DNA of 64,000 nt from the human T2T-CHM13v2.0 reference genome, Homo sapiens. The notes under the pieces were generated by a model. The model was not told the origin of the DNA. It was given only the letters and a program-made list of their open reading frames with translations, and searched no databases. Each line of letters starts with the position of its first letter. Within the stretch, counting starts at the first letter, position 1. Position numbers and translations under genes: made by a program. The DNA is taken from NCBI RefSeq assembly GCF_009914755.1, contig NC_060928.1; one strand, written 5' to 3'. Below are positions 36,641 through 54,443 of this stretch, one piece after another.

Positions 36641-37975
36641 CTGAAAAATATCTAATATTTTCCCTTCCTTGCATTTTGTTTCATTAGATATAAAAAAAAC
36701 TACTATTTCCTGATCTAAGCAATAATATTAAATTACTAAATTTTTATAAGAAATATAAAATAGTCAACTAATATCATTTATAATTATTTCAACCCAAAGC
36801 ATTCATGTTAACATGAACTCAGAGGCTCACATTCTATGTCAGAATCTTGTTTTGTAAGAGCTCCTGACTAGACTTTAAACAGCACAAAATTTGGTAAAAA
36901 CACTCTATAAAATAAAAATAGTTCATTTCAATTCTATTTTTTAAATAAAGATGTAAAATATAATAAATTTTTTAACAAAATAGTTACCACATCACAATAA
37001 CCCAGTTACACTTATCTCTAAATATTTCATTTTGAGGCTGTTATAAATAAAATTCTTTTCTTAATTTCATTTTTGCATCATTATGCTAATTTTAATTATT
37101 GAAAGTACAATGTTTTCATAGTTGAGCAAATTTTAGTAGTCTGTCAATAAATAATATATAACCCATATAACATAAATTTAAAGGTAGATATCATTTTAAA
37201 ATAGTAAAGATCTGAATTGAATAAGCTTTATGTAACCTCATCCATAGTTCTGAGTAATGCTTTCTACATGTATTCAAGATGAAACCAATGGGCAAACTAT
37301 TTCATTTGAATGTGTGGATAAACCAATAAATATGTATGTGTATGCATATGTGTATTTGTATGCAATTACAGAATGATCAGTATAAATACAAATTTTACTA
37401 AGGAGCTCAAAGAAAAAAATTACTTTAATTTATTGGTCCATTTGTGATATGTCCTAGGCACTTGATTAAAAATTTAATTTTGCTTTATAGGGAGATAATT
37501 AATTCTATTAAATTTATACATGTATATCATAGAGAGACATTACATTTTCTAGATGAAAAAAGTAATCAGGAATGTTCTATTTAATATGTTGAAGGAGAAT
37601 AACATTTGTTTATGATAAGGCTCAAATATCTTAGATTTTATATTTACCTTTTTAAACATTTTAAATATATATAACATTGGAAAATACAGTTAATTCAATA
37701 GTGATCATTTAAATATAACCATTATTCATTTTAACTTTAAACAGAAAAAATACTTTATAAAGTGAATATATTTTTAGCCTGATGAAACAATTAGCCCCTG
37801 TATGTGATACTTGAATTATTAGAAACTCATTAGATTTTAAAAAATGTATTTGCTTAATTATGATTGGTGCCATATCATTAGGCAAACATCAAACATTAAG
37901 AAAGAAACTACTGCTGTTAATTGGACAGCCAGTTTTTCTCAAATTACTATAATGAACAAGGAAAGATCCACATCA

Positions 37976-38345
37976 AGGGTTCCTCCCCTTTTTAGACCAG
38001 ATAGTGTAACTTCCTGATGTTGCCATGGCGTTTGTAAACTGTCCTGGCATTGGTGGGAGGGTCTTTTAGCATGCGAATGCATTATAATTAGCATATAATG
38101 AGCAGTGAGGGAGACCATAGGTCACTTCCGTCACCGTCTTGGTTTTGGTGGGTTATGGTTGGCTTCTTTACCACAACCTGTTTTATCAGCAAGATCTCTA
38201 TGACCTGTATCTTGTTCTGACCTCCTATCTCATCCTATAACTAAGAATGCCTTAACTTTCTGGGAATGCAGCACAGTAGGTCTCAGTTTTATTCTACCCA
38301 GCCCTTATTGAATATGGAGTCGCTCTTGTTTGAATACCTCTGAAA
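37976..38345 (-). mobile_element. MER41B-like LTR, 5' part only
   Basis: Antisense homology to 25537-25860 plus the tagcatgcgaatgcattataattagc segment; ends abruptly at agggttcctcccc. Confidence 0.85.
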
Positions 38346-38780
38346 TTTATAAGCTTTGATCTGTATACTAAATCAAAGAGTGCTAGCATATCAATCAGTA
38401 TTTTTAATGAATAGACAAATACATACTATTTATAAATAATACAGGGTCACTTTTCAATGATATTATGATATATACAAAAAATATAAATTGAAAAAGTTGT
38501 CCTAAAAATAGATACAACAAAGACATTCTTCAATTGTTTTGGGGATTAGAAACCCATACCCTAAAATATTATCAGAATTATTATTTTTCTGATAATTTTT
38601 TCAAATGATTTTTTCATTCCTTCAGAATGTAGTGTACATGTACAGTCTTTACCATTCATGCCTCCGTCACTAAGATAGTGTATCCTCATATCCTTAGGTA
38701 ATTACTTTATGTGAATATTCCTTATCAATAGCTGGATTATATGATCCTTAAAGATACTGACAATTTTCTATGACTTTACG

Positions 38781-39119
38781 TGTAAGTGCCCAATGGGTTC
38801 ACCTTGCCTGCTTTCTAGATAGAGCCAATTTACCAAGACAGAGACAGCTGTGTGCTGTGCAGGAGATGAGAGTTTTATTATTACTCAAATTAGTCTGCCC
38901 AAACATTTGGGGATCAGAGTTTTTAAGGACAACTTGGTGGGTGGGGCGAGAGTGCTGATCCGTAGGGTCAGGGATGAAATCACAGGAACGTGAGCTGTCT
39001 TCTTGTGCTGACTCACTTCCTGGGTGGCGGCCACAAGATCAGAGGAGCCAGCTTATAGATCTGAGTAGGGCCAGCTGATCCTGTCAAGCGGAGGGTCTGC
39101 AAAATATCTCAAGCACTGA

Positions 39120-39167
<48 letters not shown>

Positions 39168-39591
39168 GTATATATGTATATATATGTATATAATATATAA
39201 TACATTGTATATGTATTGTGTGTGTGTGTGTATATATATATATATAGTATGTTTATATAATAGCAATGTTATCCCCAGCAGCAATTTCGGGAAGGCCAAA
39301 ATCTTGTAGCCTCCAGCTAAATAAATCCTAAATCATATTTTCTAATATTGTGGCTAATTTGTTAGTCCTACAAAGGCAGTCTAGTCCTCAGGCAAGAAGG
39401 GGGTTTCTTTTCAGAAAGAGCTTTTATTGCCTTTGTTGTAAACTATAAACTATAAACAAAGTTTCTCCAAAAGTTAGTTTGTCTATGCCCAGGAAAGAAC
39501 AAGGACAGCTTGGAGAAAAGAAGCAAGATGGAGTTGGTTAGATCAGATCTCTTTCACTGCCTCAGTTACAGTTTTGCAAAAGGCGGTTTCA
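38781..39591 (-). mobile_element. LTR8/LTR8A solo LTR
   Basis: Reverse complement TGAAACCGCCTTTTGCAAAA...GGGCACTTACA; TSD TACG/TACA. Confidence 0.88.
39125..39246. repeat. (TA)n/(TG)n compound microsatellite inside LTR8
   Basis: Direct reading. Confidence 0.95.
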
Positions 39592-39661
39592 TACATAGGA
39601 AGAAATGTGATAAACACATAAAAAATAAATATACATAGAGGTAGTCCCTTAGTTCTTTTAG

Positions 39662-40259
39662 TGTAGGGGCCCAAGTGTAGGGGCCAAGGGAAAATTTCCT
39701 TTTTGCCCTCTGAAGCCTGGCTGAAAAATCAAAAGACAAAAAGGCAGATTAATAAGAGAAAAGGCATACAATATATTTGAATGTGCATAACAAGGGAAAT
39801 TGCAAAAGAATAATTACTCAATAGCCCAACAAGTGCAGAAGCTTATATAATCTTCTTCATAGGCGAAGGATGTAAGGAGACAGGAGGCAGACATTACAGA
39901 AATGTGAGGGGCATAGCTGTACAGGAGCATTATGTATATAAATTCCTCCAAGTAATCTCTTGGAGCTGTCTTCAGAAGAACAGATGAAAAGTCTATCTGA
40001 GGGATGACTGGGGATAACTCCTAGTATTTTTCTCTTCTCTGGTAGTTGATCTTTCCTAGTTATTTGAAACAGTTGTATTTCTTTTGAAAAGAGGCTTTCT
40101 TGGTCATATAAGGAAATTTCAGAGCTACTTCTCCTTGCACTTTGGGTGGGAGAGGGAAATAAGGCAGGGTTTGAGGGATGTTGATTCTGAGACAGCATCT
40201 AAAGCCTCTTAGCATGTCAAAGCCCCAGTCTTTGGAGTATCACTTTCTGAGCCCCAACA
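39662..40259 (-). mobile_element. MER34/MER39-family solo LTR
   Basis: Reverse complement TGTTGGGGCTCAGAAAG...GGCCCCTACA; termini shared with 30782-31830. Confidence 0.8.
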
Positions 40260-40769
40260 GAGAAAAATCACCATGAGGAACAACACTAAATGGCATATCT
40301 AAAAGAGACAAAAGTTTAAGGTATAGATGATTATTTGGCAAACAAGTAGTGATAGATTATTAACATCATTTAATAAAAGTAGACTTAATTCATATAAAGT
40401 CCTTCAGTATCTTGCACAATATGATGGGAAGAAGAAAGTATTTTTTCCCCATGTCTAAAATTTATTTAATACTTTTTCCTTATAATTATATGTCCTTCTG
40501 GAAGAAAATGCTTAGAAGCAGTTACTATAAAACAGTTATTATTGACTCCTGCTATTAATATGTCATGGAGGCAAATGTAAAGAAGAAAGAATATTTGTTA
40601 GGTTATTTTTTAATTTTATTTTCCTAAGTCAGCATTTTTGGAAGTATCTTTAGGATTATTTAATTAGAAATATTATTTTTCTTAGGACCTAATATAAAGA
40701 CACTGGATTTATTCTCGTGTTATTAAATGCGTATACCAAGAAACATTTTAATATGCAAATTAGAAACAA

Positions 40770-41000
40770 TGCTATATGTCTAGCATCGAATTACACATTT
40801 TGTAATTTTTATATAATTTAATCTTTAAAAATGCAATTACCACAAAAGTAGACAGTGGCCATTTTTATTCCAATTTTCTAGATGAGGAAATTAGTGTTGA
40901 GGGGCAAATGAAAAGCTTTATAGCTGTTTGAACTCAGATCAGAACCGTTTTTTTTTAAACTTCAAATCTTTGCTCTTTCTATTGTATAATACTGCTTCCA
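40770..41000 (-). mobile_element. MIR
   Basis: ccaattttctagatgaggaaatt...tttgaactcagatc. Confidence 0.55.
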
Positions 41001-42065
41001 GTAGACATATTAATATATGTCTGTTGGTGAATGCATTTGGGCAGGAAGAACTACTACATTTAAGATAATATTTTATTCTTAAATGTTTCTCAGGAATTTT
41101 AAAGATATGCATAATTTTCAGACAGCATTTATGTTATTCATATTTGAACAGTTATTATCAGCTTTCTTAGTTACAATTTACTGGGCACTACCATCATAAT
41201 ATTTTGTCAGAGAAAAATTGTTCTGTTAACTAAAAAGTAATTTTACTGTCAATAAGCAATAGGTGACACAGCCAATATTTATTTTATTCTACTTTAAATT
41301 TAGAAGTGAAAACTTATTTTCCCAAAGGAATGTCTTCTTGAAAAGTGTGTTTTCATTTTAAAAATTACATTTGTACCTAAGATATTAATGTGGAAATCAT
41401 GATATTAAATAACAGTTCTAAAATTGTAATGGGGATTATGATTTCATAAGAAGAAAATTATTTATGGAGGTAACGTTATTGTATAATTTCCTATGGGATC
41501 TCTACATCAGGGCTGGTTTTATTAGATCCTAAAACAAGTCACCTACATTCACTTTAGGATATAAAGTAATGTTAAATTAATATTGCAAAGCAGTTCACAG
41601 TGTGAGCAAAGACATCTGTTTATGTTACCATAAATAGTTATGAACTGAGGAGCTCAAATGGCTTTGCCAGCAAAGCATTGCCTCCTAATTTATTTTTATA
41701 GAAAATGGAAGCCTCATTTTTCATGATTGGGTAGTTTGCATTCAAATGTACAAGTAACTTCAAATGCAATCACTTTTACACAGCATGTTTTATTGCAGAG
41801 CCATAGGATGAAATTGCTAATGGTCTCTTGTGGGGTAGTCATGTTCTCCGATGAAAATTTTATTTTATTTCATAATATTTTAAAACTTAATTTCAAAATT
41901 GAGATTCACTTCTTTAGAAAACAATGTAATAAATGTAAAATTAAGAAGGCTTTAATATAATGTTGATGTGTAGAGTCGAAAATGAAAATATGAATGTTCT
42001 GTCTAAGAATCTTGGAATTCTGCAAGTTCATTCTTGAGTGCTGAAACTGAAGCTTTTTCTATAGG

Positions 42066-42477
<412 letters not shown>

Positions 42478-42840
42478 TAAAACATTTTAAATGATTGTTT
42501 TGCTGATTGAATATAATAACAGAAAACAGCACAAGTATTATATTTCCAGACATGCAACCTTAAATTTTGAAAAAGTTAATTCTTAATTTTTAGAAAGCAG
42601 AGATTGTAAATTTACATGGATATTTCTATTTATCCTAATGGACATAAAATATAAATAAAATATTTTTAACTCTAAATGTATGGCATTTATGCAAAATAAT
42701 ACTTGTTCACATGAAGAATTATATCTAAATATTTATAAACATTTTAAGAAGAAATGACTCAGTAATTTCACGTAAAATTACTTGTATGTGTAATTGTAAA
42801 AAGTATAAGCATTGTTCCCTCATCATTTGACTATTATAAA

Positions 42841-43235
42841 TGTTAAAACAAATAAGCAGGAGACCCTTAACCTGAGATTATCTATGTATTTTGAGTTCCT
42901 ACATAACAAACTGCAATCTGACAGTATGCAAAAAAAAAACCAAAAACCTAATTTAGGAGTCTATATTTTATTAACAAAAGCTGGGTTTTAGCCAATTACG
43001 AATAGCTGGGCTTCAGTCAATCACACGCAGCCAAGTAATCAGACTATACTCAAATAAGGCAAATGCCTCATTACTCTATTCCCAAATAGGCAAACATCTA
43101 GCTATAGCCAACCATGTGATAAAAGTTTACTACACATATTACTCGGTGAATCTCTCCGAACCGCTCTGAGTGCTGCTTGATTCATAAATTGTTCCTTATT
43201 CAAACTCTGCTAAGTTTAATTTGTCTAAAGTTTCT
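42841..43235 (+). mobile_element. MER57-family LTR
   Basis: tgttaaaa...gagttcctacataacaaactgcaa...caaataaggcaaatgcc...aatttgtctaaagttt. Confidence 0.7.
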
Positions 43236-43322
43236 ATATGTATAAAACATATTTACATATTTTATATTAATATACATATTAATACTATATGTATTCTATA
43301 TGTAAAAAATACATATGTATGA

Positions 43323-43614
43323 TTTTTTGAGACAGGGTCTCACTCTGTCACTCAGGCTGGAGTGCAGTGATGCAATCATGACTCACAGCAGCCGCAAACT
43401 CCCAAGCTCAAGTGAATCTCTCATTTCAGCCTCCTAATTAGCTGGAACTACAGATGTGCAGCACCAGGCCCAACTAATTTTTTTCAAAAATTTTGGAAGA
43501 GACAGGTTCTCTCTGTGTTGCCCAGACTGGTCTTGAACTCCTGGGCACAAGTGATACTCCTGCTTCTGCCTTCCAAAGTGCTGGGGTTGCAGGTGTGAGC
43601 CACCATGCCTGGTC
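43323..43614 (-). mobile_element. AluJ
   Basis: Full antisense dimer with J-type diagnostics. Confidence 0.92.
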
Positions 43615-43874
43615 TTGAAAAATACAATATGTATTTGAGAAAAAAGGAAACAATACAATGATATTTAGCAGGTCAAGCATAATATTCATTGTTATTCTTC
43701 CTATCACGAAGTATATAATTAGTATGTTGACAGATTGAGTATTAAGTACTACACATTTTAGGATTTTTAATATCACAAGTTTGTGAGAACATGACAATTT
43801 TCACATACTACAGGTGAGAAAACTGAAGCTTGAACATAAAAGAATATATATATATATTTCTCAATTTATATATG

Positions 43875-44490
43875 TGTATTATTTAGGATTCAGACATGGA
43901 AGCAGAACTACCAAGAATATTATGATATAAGAGTTATAGGAGTTAGACTTTAATCATTTTGGAGACGGTTAAAACACATATCGAAGGCTGTTTTCTCTGT
44001 ATTTGGTGGGACTTCTGAAATCTATGAAAGTCAGAAGAGCTGATAGTCATGAAGAAAATCTAAGCATGGAAACCAAGAACATGAAAGAGGAAATTGGGGT
44101 CCATGAGGACAAACTAGGACGTTTTGTTCAGTTTGTGCTCTGTTTTTCACAGCTACCAACCTCAGTGATGCAAATGACTTGCACGTGACCTGCTCAAAGC
44201 TAAGCACAACACAAACATAGAAAGAGGGCAGTAGACACGAAGGCCTAGCTGCTCTCCTTCATTAACAAGGTGAGCCAATTAATAAGTCAACCAATAAGCT
44301 GAGTAACAATTCATGGGAGGTACGGTGCTACTTGTCTCTCTAATCTACAGAGCATAAAATTGCTTCAATATTACCTTCAAATCTCATGCAAAATGATCTT
44401 AATGGCTAATTTTACCATAAACTATGGAGAAAATATTCTGCAAAAATGTAGTTCTAGCAATGGTTAAGACAACAAACTAAAATACTGCAC
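43875..44490 (-). mobile_element. Ancient LTR, family uncertain
   Basis: TG-start tgtattatttagg; attctgcaaaaatgtagttctagc resembles the actacatttcccagaat motif of old LTRs in antisense. Confidence 0.4.
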
Positions 44491-47340
44491 TCTTTTTATT
44501 CATTTTTACTTATGTCCAGACATTATGGATTTCTTACACTTTCATTTTCTACTTCTTTAAACACAAAGTTGAGATAAATCTTTCCTTTTAAACTTATAGC
44601 ATTACATTTTATAGAAATTACTAAAATGAAATAGTTTGTTCAGTATTATAAACACGTTAATTTTATTGCTGAATTTTAGAATTATTACTTATCAATCAGG
44701 GAAATATAATAAAGTCAATGATCTCCTTAAATACATTATCTTTCAATATGTATCAGAAATATTTGAATGATATTTGATAACATATCTTTCACAGGAAGAG
44801 ACCAAATGATGCAACTCTGGCATTTTGAATAAATAATTTCAAAAATAAAAATCACTTCATTACTTCATAATGACTGAATCCACTTTGATTCAGAAAGTTA
44901 CTTTGTTATGCATGGCAAATTAATCTGGGAACTAAATCACACAAATAATATATCAACAATAATAGTTTATAATTCTTTTGTGGAGTAATATTTCTAAATC
45001 AAGAAATGTATTTATGTTTTTTCCCATGTCCAAAAAACAAGCTTTCAGATTTCACCACAGCAGACGTACAGTTTGTATTTGTAAAATTATATATTGTTTC
45101 AATAATCCATTACAATACCTATAAAGACAACACAAAATATAATAGCAGCTTTCAACGTTGGAATAAGACAAATATGAGTTATATATGTGAAAAATAAATA
45201 CTAATTGTAATATCTAATGGAGTTAGATTTATAAACATACTCCTGGATAAATTGGTAATACCATTTGCATTGCCAAAGGATAAGTACCATTATAAAGATT
45301 GAGAAATTATAATATGAATTTATTGATATAAACATTAGGTTTACTTTCCAAAAATAAAAATATCACCTCTTCCACCCATTCACACCTAACCACCACACAC
45401 CCACTTAACACTTATTTTTAGAGTCAGCCAACTTAATTCTACATTTATTATCATAAGTGTCTATTTACCTTCATTCATAGACTCCAAATTAAGTGAGTTC
45501 AAGTTTAGAAGAAAAACAACACACCGTGATATACTTATTTCTTTGGGGCAAATTATTTTCTTGGAAGCAAAAGCAGGAAGAGTGTATCACAAACAACGCA
45601 TCATGAAAGGCTCAAACTTTCAAGTACTATTCCTTTAGAACAGAAAGACTACAAAATAATTTGCTTTACTAGGACAGGCAAAGAACCCTGTAAACTAGAA
45701 TCCCGTGTAAATCTAGCAAAACTTTGCCCAGTAAATGATTTAAAATATTGAGCAAAAACTTATAAACCCTAATTTTAACAACAAACTTACATTAAAGATC
45801 AATAATTTGCCTGGTACAAAATGGAAATGGACCATATTTGAGACAATGAGACACTATGCAGACCTTTTGAAAAACTGCCCGGAAGTGTGTCTGTGTGTTT
45901 GTGTGTATGCGTGTGTGTATATCTTCAATAATGTTTCTGACCATACTACAATCAGAGGAACCAGATGTACACTCCTACCATGAACAAAAATAAAACTGTA
46001 TCAAATTTTTAAAAAGGAATAATTATCCTCAGACATAGAAAATCAAATAATGGTCAGTGGTCATTGAAAGGACTGAGTTTAACAGAGAAAGACCTCTAAT
46101 TTTCTGGTCTTTATGGCTGGAAAAACATTAACAGCATGGAGCCAGGAGGAATATCCCAAGCAGTAGTCTTGCTGAGTCTTCAAGATAGTGACCCAATTTT
46201 AGGAGAGATCATTGCATGTCTGCAAATTTCAGGGCAGAGGTGCAGAGAAGAGGGAGATTCAGGAAAAGAGCTCCACTAGTTGATATGAAATTCTGTTAAA
46301 AAAATTTCTTTTGAACACTATGACAAACAAATGTGAAAAACACCACAAATTTTGATAAAAAATGACCTTTTGAGAGTTTCTCCATAGCTTGAATGTAACT
46401 GATTTTCAATAAGCCACAAGAAAATTCAGTACTACTCTGTGACAGCCATGTCTTAATATTAGGGCCAATGTTCAGTAATATATAGTGTATTCTAGGCATT
46501 TCTTAACAAAGCTTAAAATAAGAAAGAAAGCCTAATATTCTTTAAAAAGAGACATATATCCAGACATTTTATAAGATAAAATTAAATACATACGCTACCC
46601 AAATACTAATAAATGTGCCAAAAAGCAGGAACATGCAATCATACATAAAAGAAAATAATATCAGTCAACAGAAAAAGATCCAGAGATGATAGAAACAATA
46701 CAATATTTTTGGAAAGATATTAAAACTGATATTATAGTTATGTTCAAATAGGAAAGAAAAAGCCTAAACATTGTGAGAAGAAAAATGGAAAATATAAAAA
46801 AGAAACTTAAAGGATGAAAACTATAGTATCAAAATGTAAAAAAAAAAAATCACTAGGAGTTATGGTAAATTCAATATTGTAGAAGAAAATCTTACAGAAT
46901 TTGAAGACATAATAAAAACTAGGGAAGTGAAGCACAGTGAGGAAAAAAGAAAGTATTAACTAATTATTGGTTCCTACGGGATAATAACAAGTTTATAGGG
47001 AATACAGAAGGAGAGAGGTTGGAAAGCATAAATATTTAAAGACATTATGGACGAGCTTTTACTAGATTTAATGAAGTTATAAACCCACATATCTAGGGAC
47101 CTAAAAAAACCCCAAGTAATATAAACACATAGAAAACAATAATAAGTCACATCATAATCAAATTCCAGAAACCTATAATAAAAGGAAAATATCAACACAC
47201 AAAATACACACTGTATATGGATGAACAAAAAGACACTCTATAACAGACTTCCCTTCAGAAACTATGTAATTTAAAAAATGATGAAATGCTTCAATTCTTC
47301 AAACGCTAAAAACAAAAAAAATCCTTACCCAAGAATTACA

Positions 47341-47510
47341 GGGCTGCCCGTCCTAGCTCTCACCTGTAATTTCAGAACTTTGGGAGGAAGAGGTGGATGA
47401 TTGCTTGAGCCCAGGAGTTCAAGGCTAGCTCTGGCAACATAGAGAGATCCTGCCTCTGTAAAAATAAAATAAAATTAAATTAAACTAAATTAAAATTAAA
47501 ATTTTAAAAA
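47341..47510 (+). mobile_element. FLAM / Alu monomer
   Basis: Single arm with A-rich tail; flanks aagaattaca and aagagttctaca. Confidence 0.8.
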
Positions 47511-48072
47511 AGAGTTCTACACACGGTAAAAAAAAAAATCTCCCAAAAATGAGGCTTAAATTAAAAAAAAAAATTATGGCCAAAGCAAAGCTGAGACACT
47601 TGAAGTCAGCACACCTGCACTGAAAATAAGTTAAAGTTTTACCATCAGAAGTAAAACAATGCTGGAGGAAAAGCAGCGATGAGGAAATAGTATATATATA
47701 TGAGCATTTTTAAAACTTTATGTTTCATTTATATTCTTATTAAAAATAATTGACTGTTTCAAGTAATATAATAAAAATGAACTGTAGGTTTATGATATAT
47801 TTAGAAATAAATGCTGTAAACACACATATGGGAGTCAAAAAAAGAAAAGTATATATTTTTGATATTCCATATATTATACTTAAAGTAGTTACATTATTTT
47901 ATGTAGCTTTTAATAAATTAATTGAATTACATTTAAAGGAATATTTTTCAAATTTATTTAGATGCAGCTACAGAAGAGCACAGAATATAATTCATAGCTT
48001 TAAATGTTTTAATTATATATAAAAATAAATACAGTCCTGAATTTAATGATCTAAAATACTAGTGGGAAAGCA

Positions 48073-48118
48073 AATAATAATAATAATAATAATAATAATA
48101 ATTATAATGATTATAATG
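48073..48118. repeat. (AAT)n microsatellite
   Basis: Direct reading. Confidence 0.9.
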
Positions 48119-48405
48119 AAAATTTTAAAAACCCTGAACTGATTTTTGAAAAGATCCATGCAATTAATATATTTATTCCTAGGCTGATCAAAAAACAAAC
48201 AAGAAAGAAACACAAAAAACCAATAGCATAAATGAAAAGTAAAGGGAACTATAAATCCCATGGACATCAAATAATAATGATAAAATTAACATTTTGCAAA
48301 TAAAGTTAACCATTTTGATAGAACAGACCAACTATTTTAAAGAAATAAATTATCAAAACAGATTTACCAAGAATTAGTTTTATTTCCATAGAAAATAATT
48401 GTCCC

Positions 48406-49319
48406 GGGGGAGGAGCCAAGATGGCCGAATAGGAACAGCTCCGGTCTACAGCTCCCAGCGTGAGCGACGCAGAAGACAGGTGATTTCTGCATTTCCATCT
48501 GAGGTACCGGGTTCATCTCACTAGGGAGTGCCAGACAGTGGGCGCAGGTCAGTGGGTGCGTGCACCATGAGCGAGCCGAAGCAGGGTGAGGCATTGCCTC
48601 ACTCGGGAAGTGCAAGGGGTCAGGGAGTTCCCTTTCCTAGTCAAAGAACGGGGTGACAGACGGCACCTGGAAAATCGGGTCACTCCCACCCGAATACTGC
48701 GCTTTTCCGACGGGCTTAAAAAACGGCGCATCACGAGATTATATCCTGCACCTGGCTCGGAGGGTCCTACGCCCAGGGAGTCTCGCTGATTGCTAGCACA
48801 GCAGTCTGAGATCAAACTGCAAGGCAGCAGCGAGGCTGGGGGAGGGGCGCCCACCATTGCCCAGGCTTGCTTAGGTAAACAAAGCAGCCGGGAAGCTCGA
48901 ACTGGGTGGAGCCCACCACAGCTCAAGGAGGCCTGCCTGCCTCTGTAGGCTCCATCTCTGGGGGCAGGGCACAGACAAACAAAAAGACAGCAGTAACCTC
49001 TGCAGACTTAAATGTCCCTGTCTGACAGCTTTGAAGAGAGCAGTGGTTCTCCCAGTACGCAGCTGGAGATCTGAGAATGGGCAGACTGCCTCCTCAAGTG
49101 GGTCCCTGACCTCTGACCCCTGACCTCCGAGCAGCCTAACTGGGAGGCACCCCCCAGCAGGGGCACACTGACACCTCACACTGCAGGGTACTCCAACAGA
49201 CCTGCAGCTGAGGGTCCTGTCTGTTAGAAGGAAAACTAGCAAACAGAAAGGACATCCACACCAAAAACCCATCTGTACATCACCATCATCAAAGACCAAA
49301 AGTAGATAAAACCACAAAG
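48406..49319 (+). promoter_or_regulatory. L1 5' UTR (sense and antisense promoters, YY1 site CAAGATGGCC)
   Basis: Intact 5' end with YY1 motif; CpG-rich relative to the flanks. Confidence 0.8.
48549..48857 (-). CDS. L1 ORF0 (antisense), open 102-codon version
   Basis: MVGAPPPASLLPCSLISDCCASNQRDSLGVGPSEPG... from the ATG at 48857 within track ORF 48549-48926; expression unknown. Confidence 0.6.
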   Translation of the reverse strand: MVGAPPPASLLPCSLISDCCASNQRDSLGVGPSEPGAGYNLVMRRFLSPSEKRSIRVGVTRFSRCRLSPRSLTRKGNSLTPCTSRVRQCLTLLRLAHGARTH

Positions 49320-50336
49320 ATGGGGAAAAAACAGAGCAGAAAAACTGGAAACTCTAAAAAGCAGAGCACCTCTCCTCCTCCAAAGGAACGCAGTTCCTCA
49401 CCAGCAACGGAACAAAGCTGGACAGAGAACGACTTTGACGAGCTGAGAGAAGAAGCCTTCAGACGATCAAATTACTCTGAGCCACGGGAGGACATTCAAA
49501 CCAAAGGCAAAGAAGTTGAAAACTTTGAAAAAAATTTAGAAGAATGTATAACTAGAATAACCAATACAGAGAAGTGCTTAAAGGAGCTGATGGAGCTGAA
49601 AACCAAGGCTCGAGAACTACGTGAAGAATGCAGAAGCCTCAGGAGCTGATGTGATCAAATGGAAGAAAGGATATCAGCAATGGAAGATGAAATGAATGAA
49701 ATGAAGCGAGAAGGGAAGTTTAGAGAAAAAAGAATAAAAAGAAAGGAGCAAAGCCTCCAAGAAATATGGGACTATGTGAAAAGACCAAATCTACGTCTGA
49801 TTGGTGTACCTGAAAGTGACGGGGAGAATGGAACCAAGTTGGAAAACACTCTGCAGGATATTATCCAGGAGAACTTACCCAATCTAGCAAGGCAGGCCAA
49901 CATTCAGATTCAGGAAATACAGAGAACGCCACAAAGATACTCCTCGAGAAGAGCAACTCCAAGACACATAATTGTCACATTCACCAAAGTTGAAATGAAG
50001 GAAAAAATGTTAAGGGCAGCCAGAGAGAAAGGTCGGGTTACCCTCAAAGGGAAGCCCATCAGACTAACAGCAGATCTCTTGGCAGAAACCCTACAAGCCA
50101 GAAGAGAGTGGGGTCCCATATTCAACATTCTTAAAGAAAAGAATTTTCAACCCACAATTTCATATCCAGCCAAACTAAGCTTCATAAATGAAGGAGAAAT
50201 AAAATACTTTACAGACAAGCAAATGCTGAGAGATTTTCTCACCACCAGGCCTGCCCTAAAAGAGCTCCTGAAGGAAGCGCTAAACATGGAAAGGAACAAC
50301 CAGTCCCAGCTGCTGCAAAATCATGCCAAAATGTAA
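49320..50336 (+). pseudogene. L1 ORF1p with a premature stop at codon 110
   Basis: MGKKQSRK...RSLRS* (TGA 49647-49649) then in-frame ...QNHAKM. Confidence 0.97.
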
Positions 50337-50384
50337 AGACCATCGAGACTAGGAAGAAACTGCATCAACTAACGAGCAAAATAA

Positions 50385-54222
<3,838 letters not shown>

Positions 54223-54443
54223 ACAATGAGATCACATGGACACAGGAAGGGGAACATCACACTCTGGGGACTGTTGTGGGGTGGGGGGAGGGGGGAGGGA
54301 TAGCATTGGGAGATATACCTGATGCTAGATGACAAGTTAGTGGGTGCAGCGCACCAGCGTGGCACGTGTTTACATATGTAACTAACCTGCACAATGTGCA
54401 CATATACCCTAAAACTTAAAGTATAATAATAAAAGAAAAAAAA

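Larger units (their letters stand above)
45930..48405 (+). mobile_element. Ancient L1M(E) 5' region, ORF1 and start of ORF2 remnants (host of later insertions)
   Basis: Degenerate sense L1 phrases (gaatttgaagaca, cacatcataatcaaattcc, gacttcccttcagaaactatg, tgatttttgaaaagatc). Confidence 0.65.
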
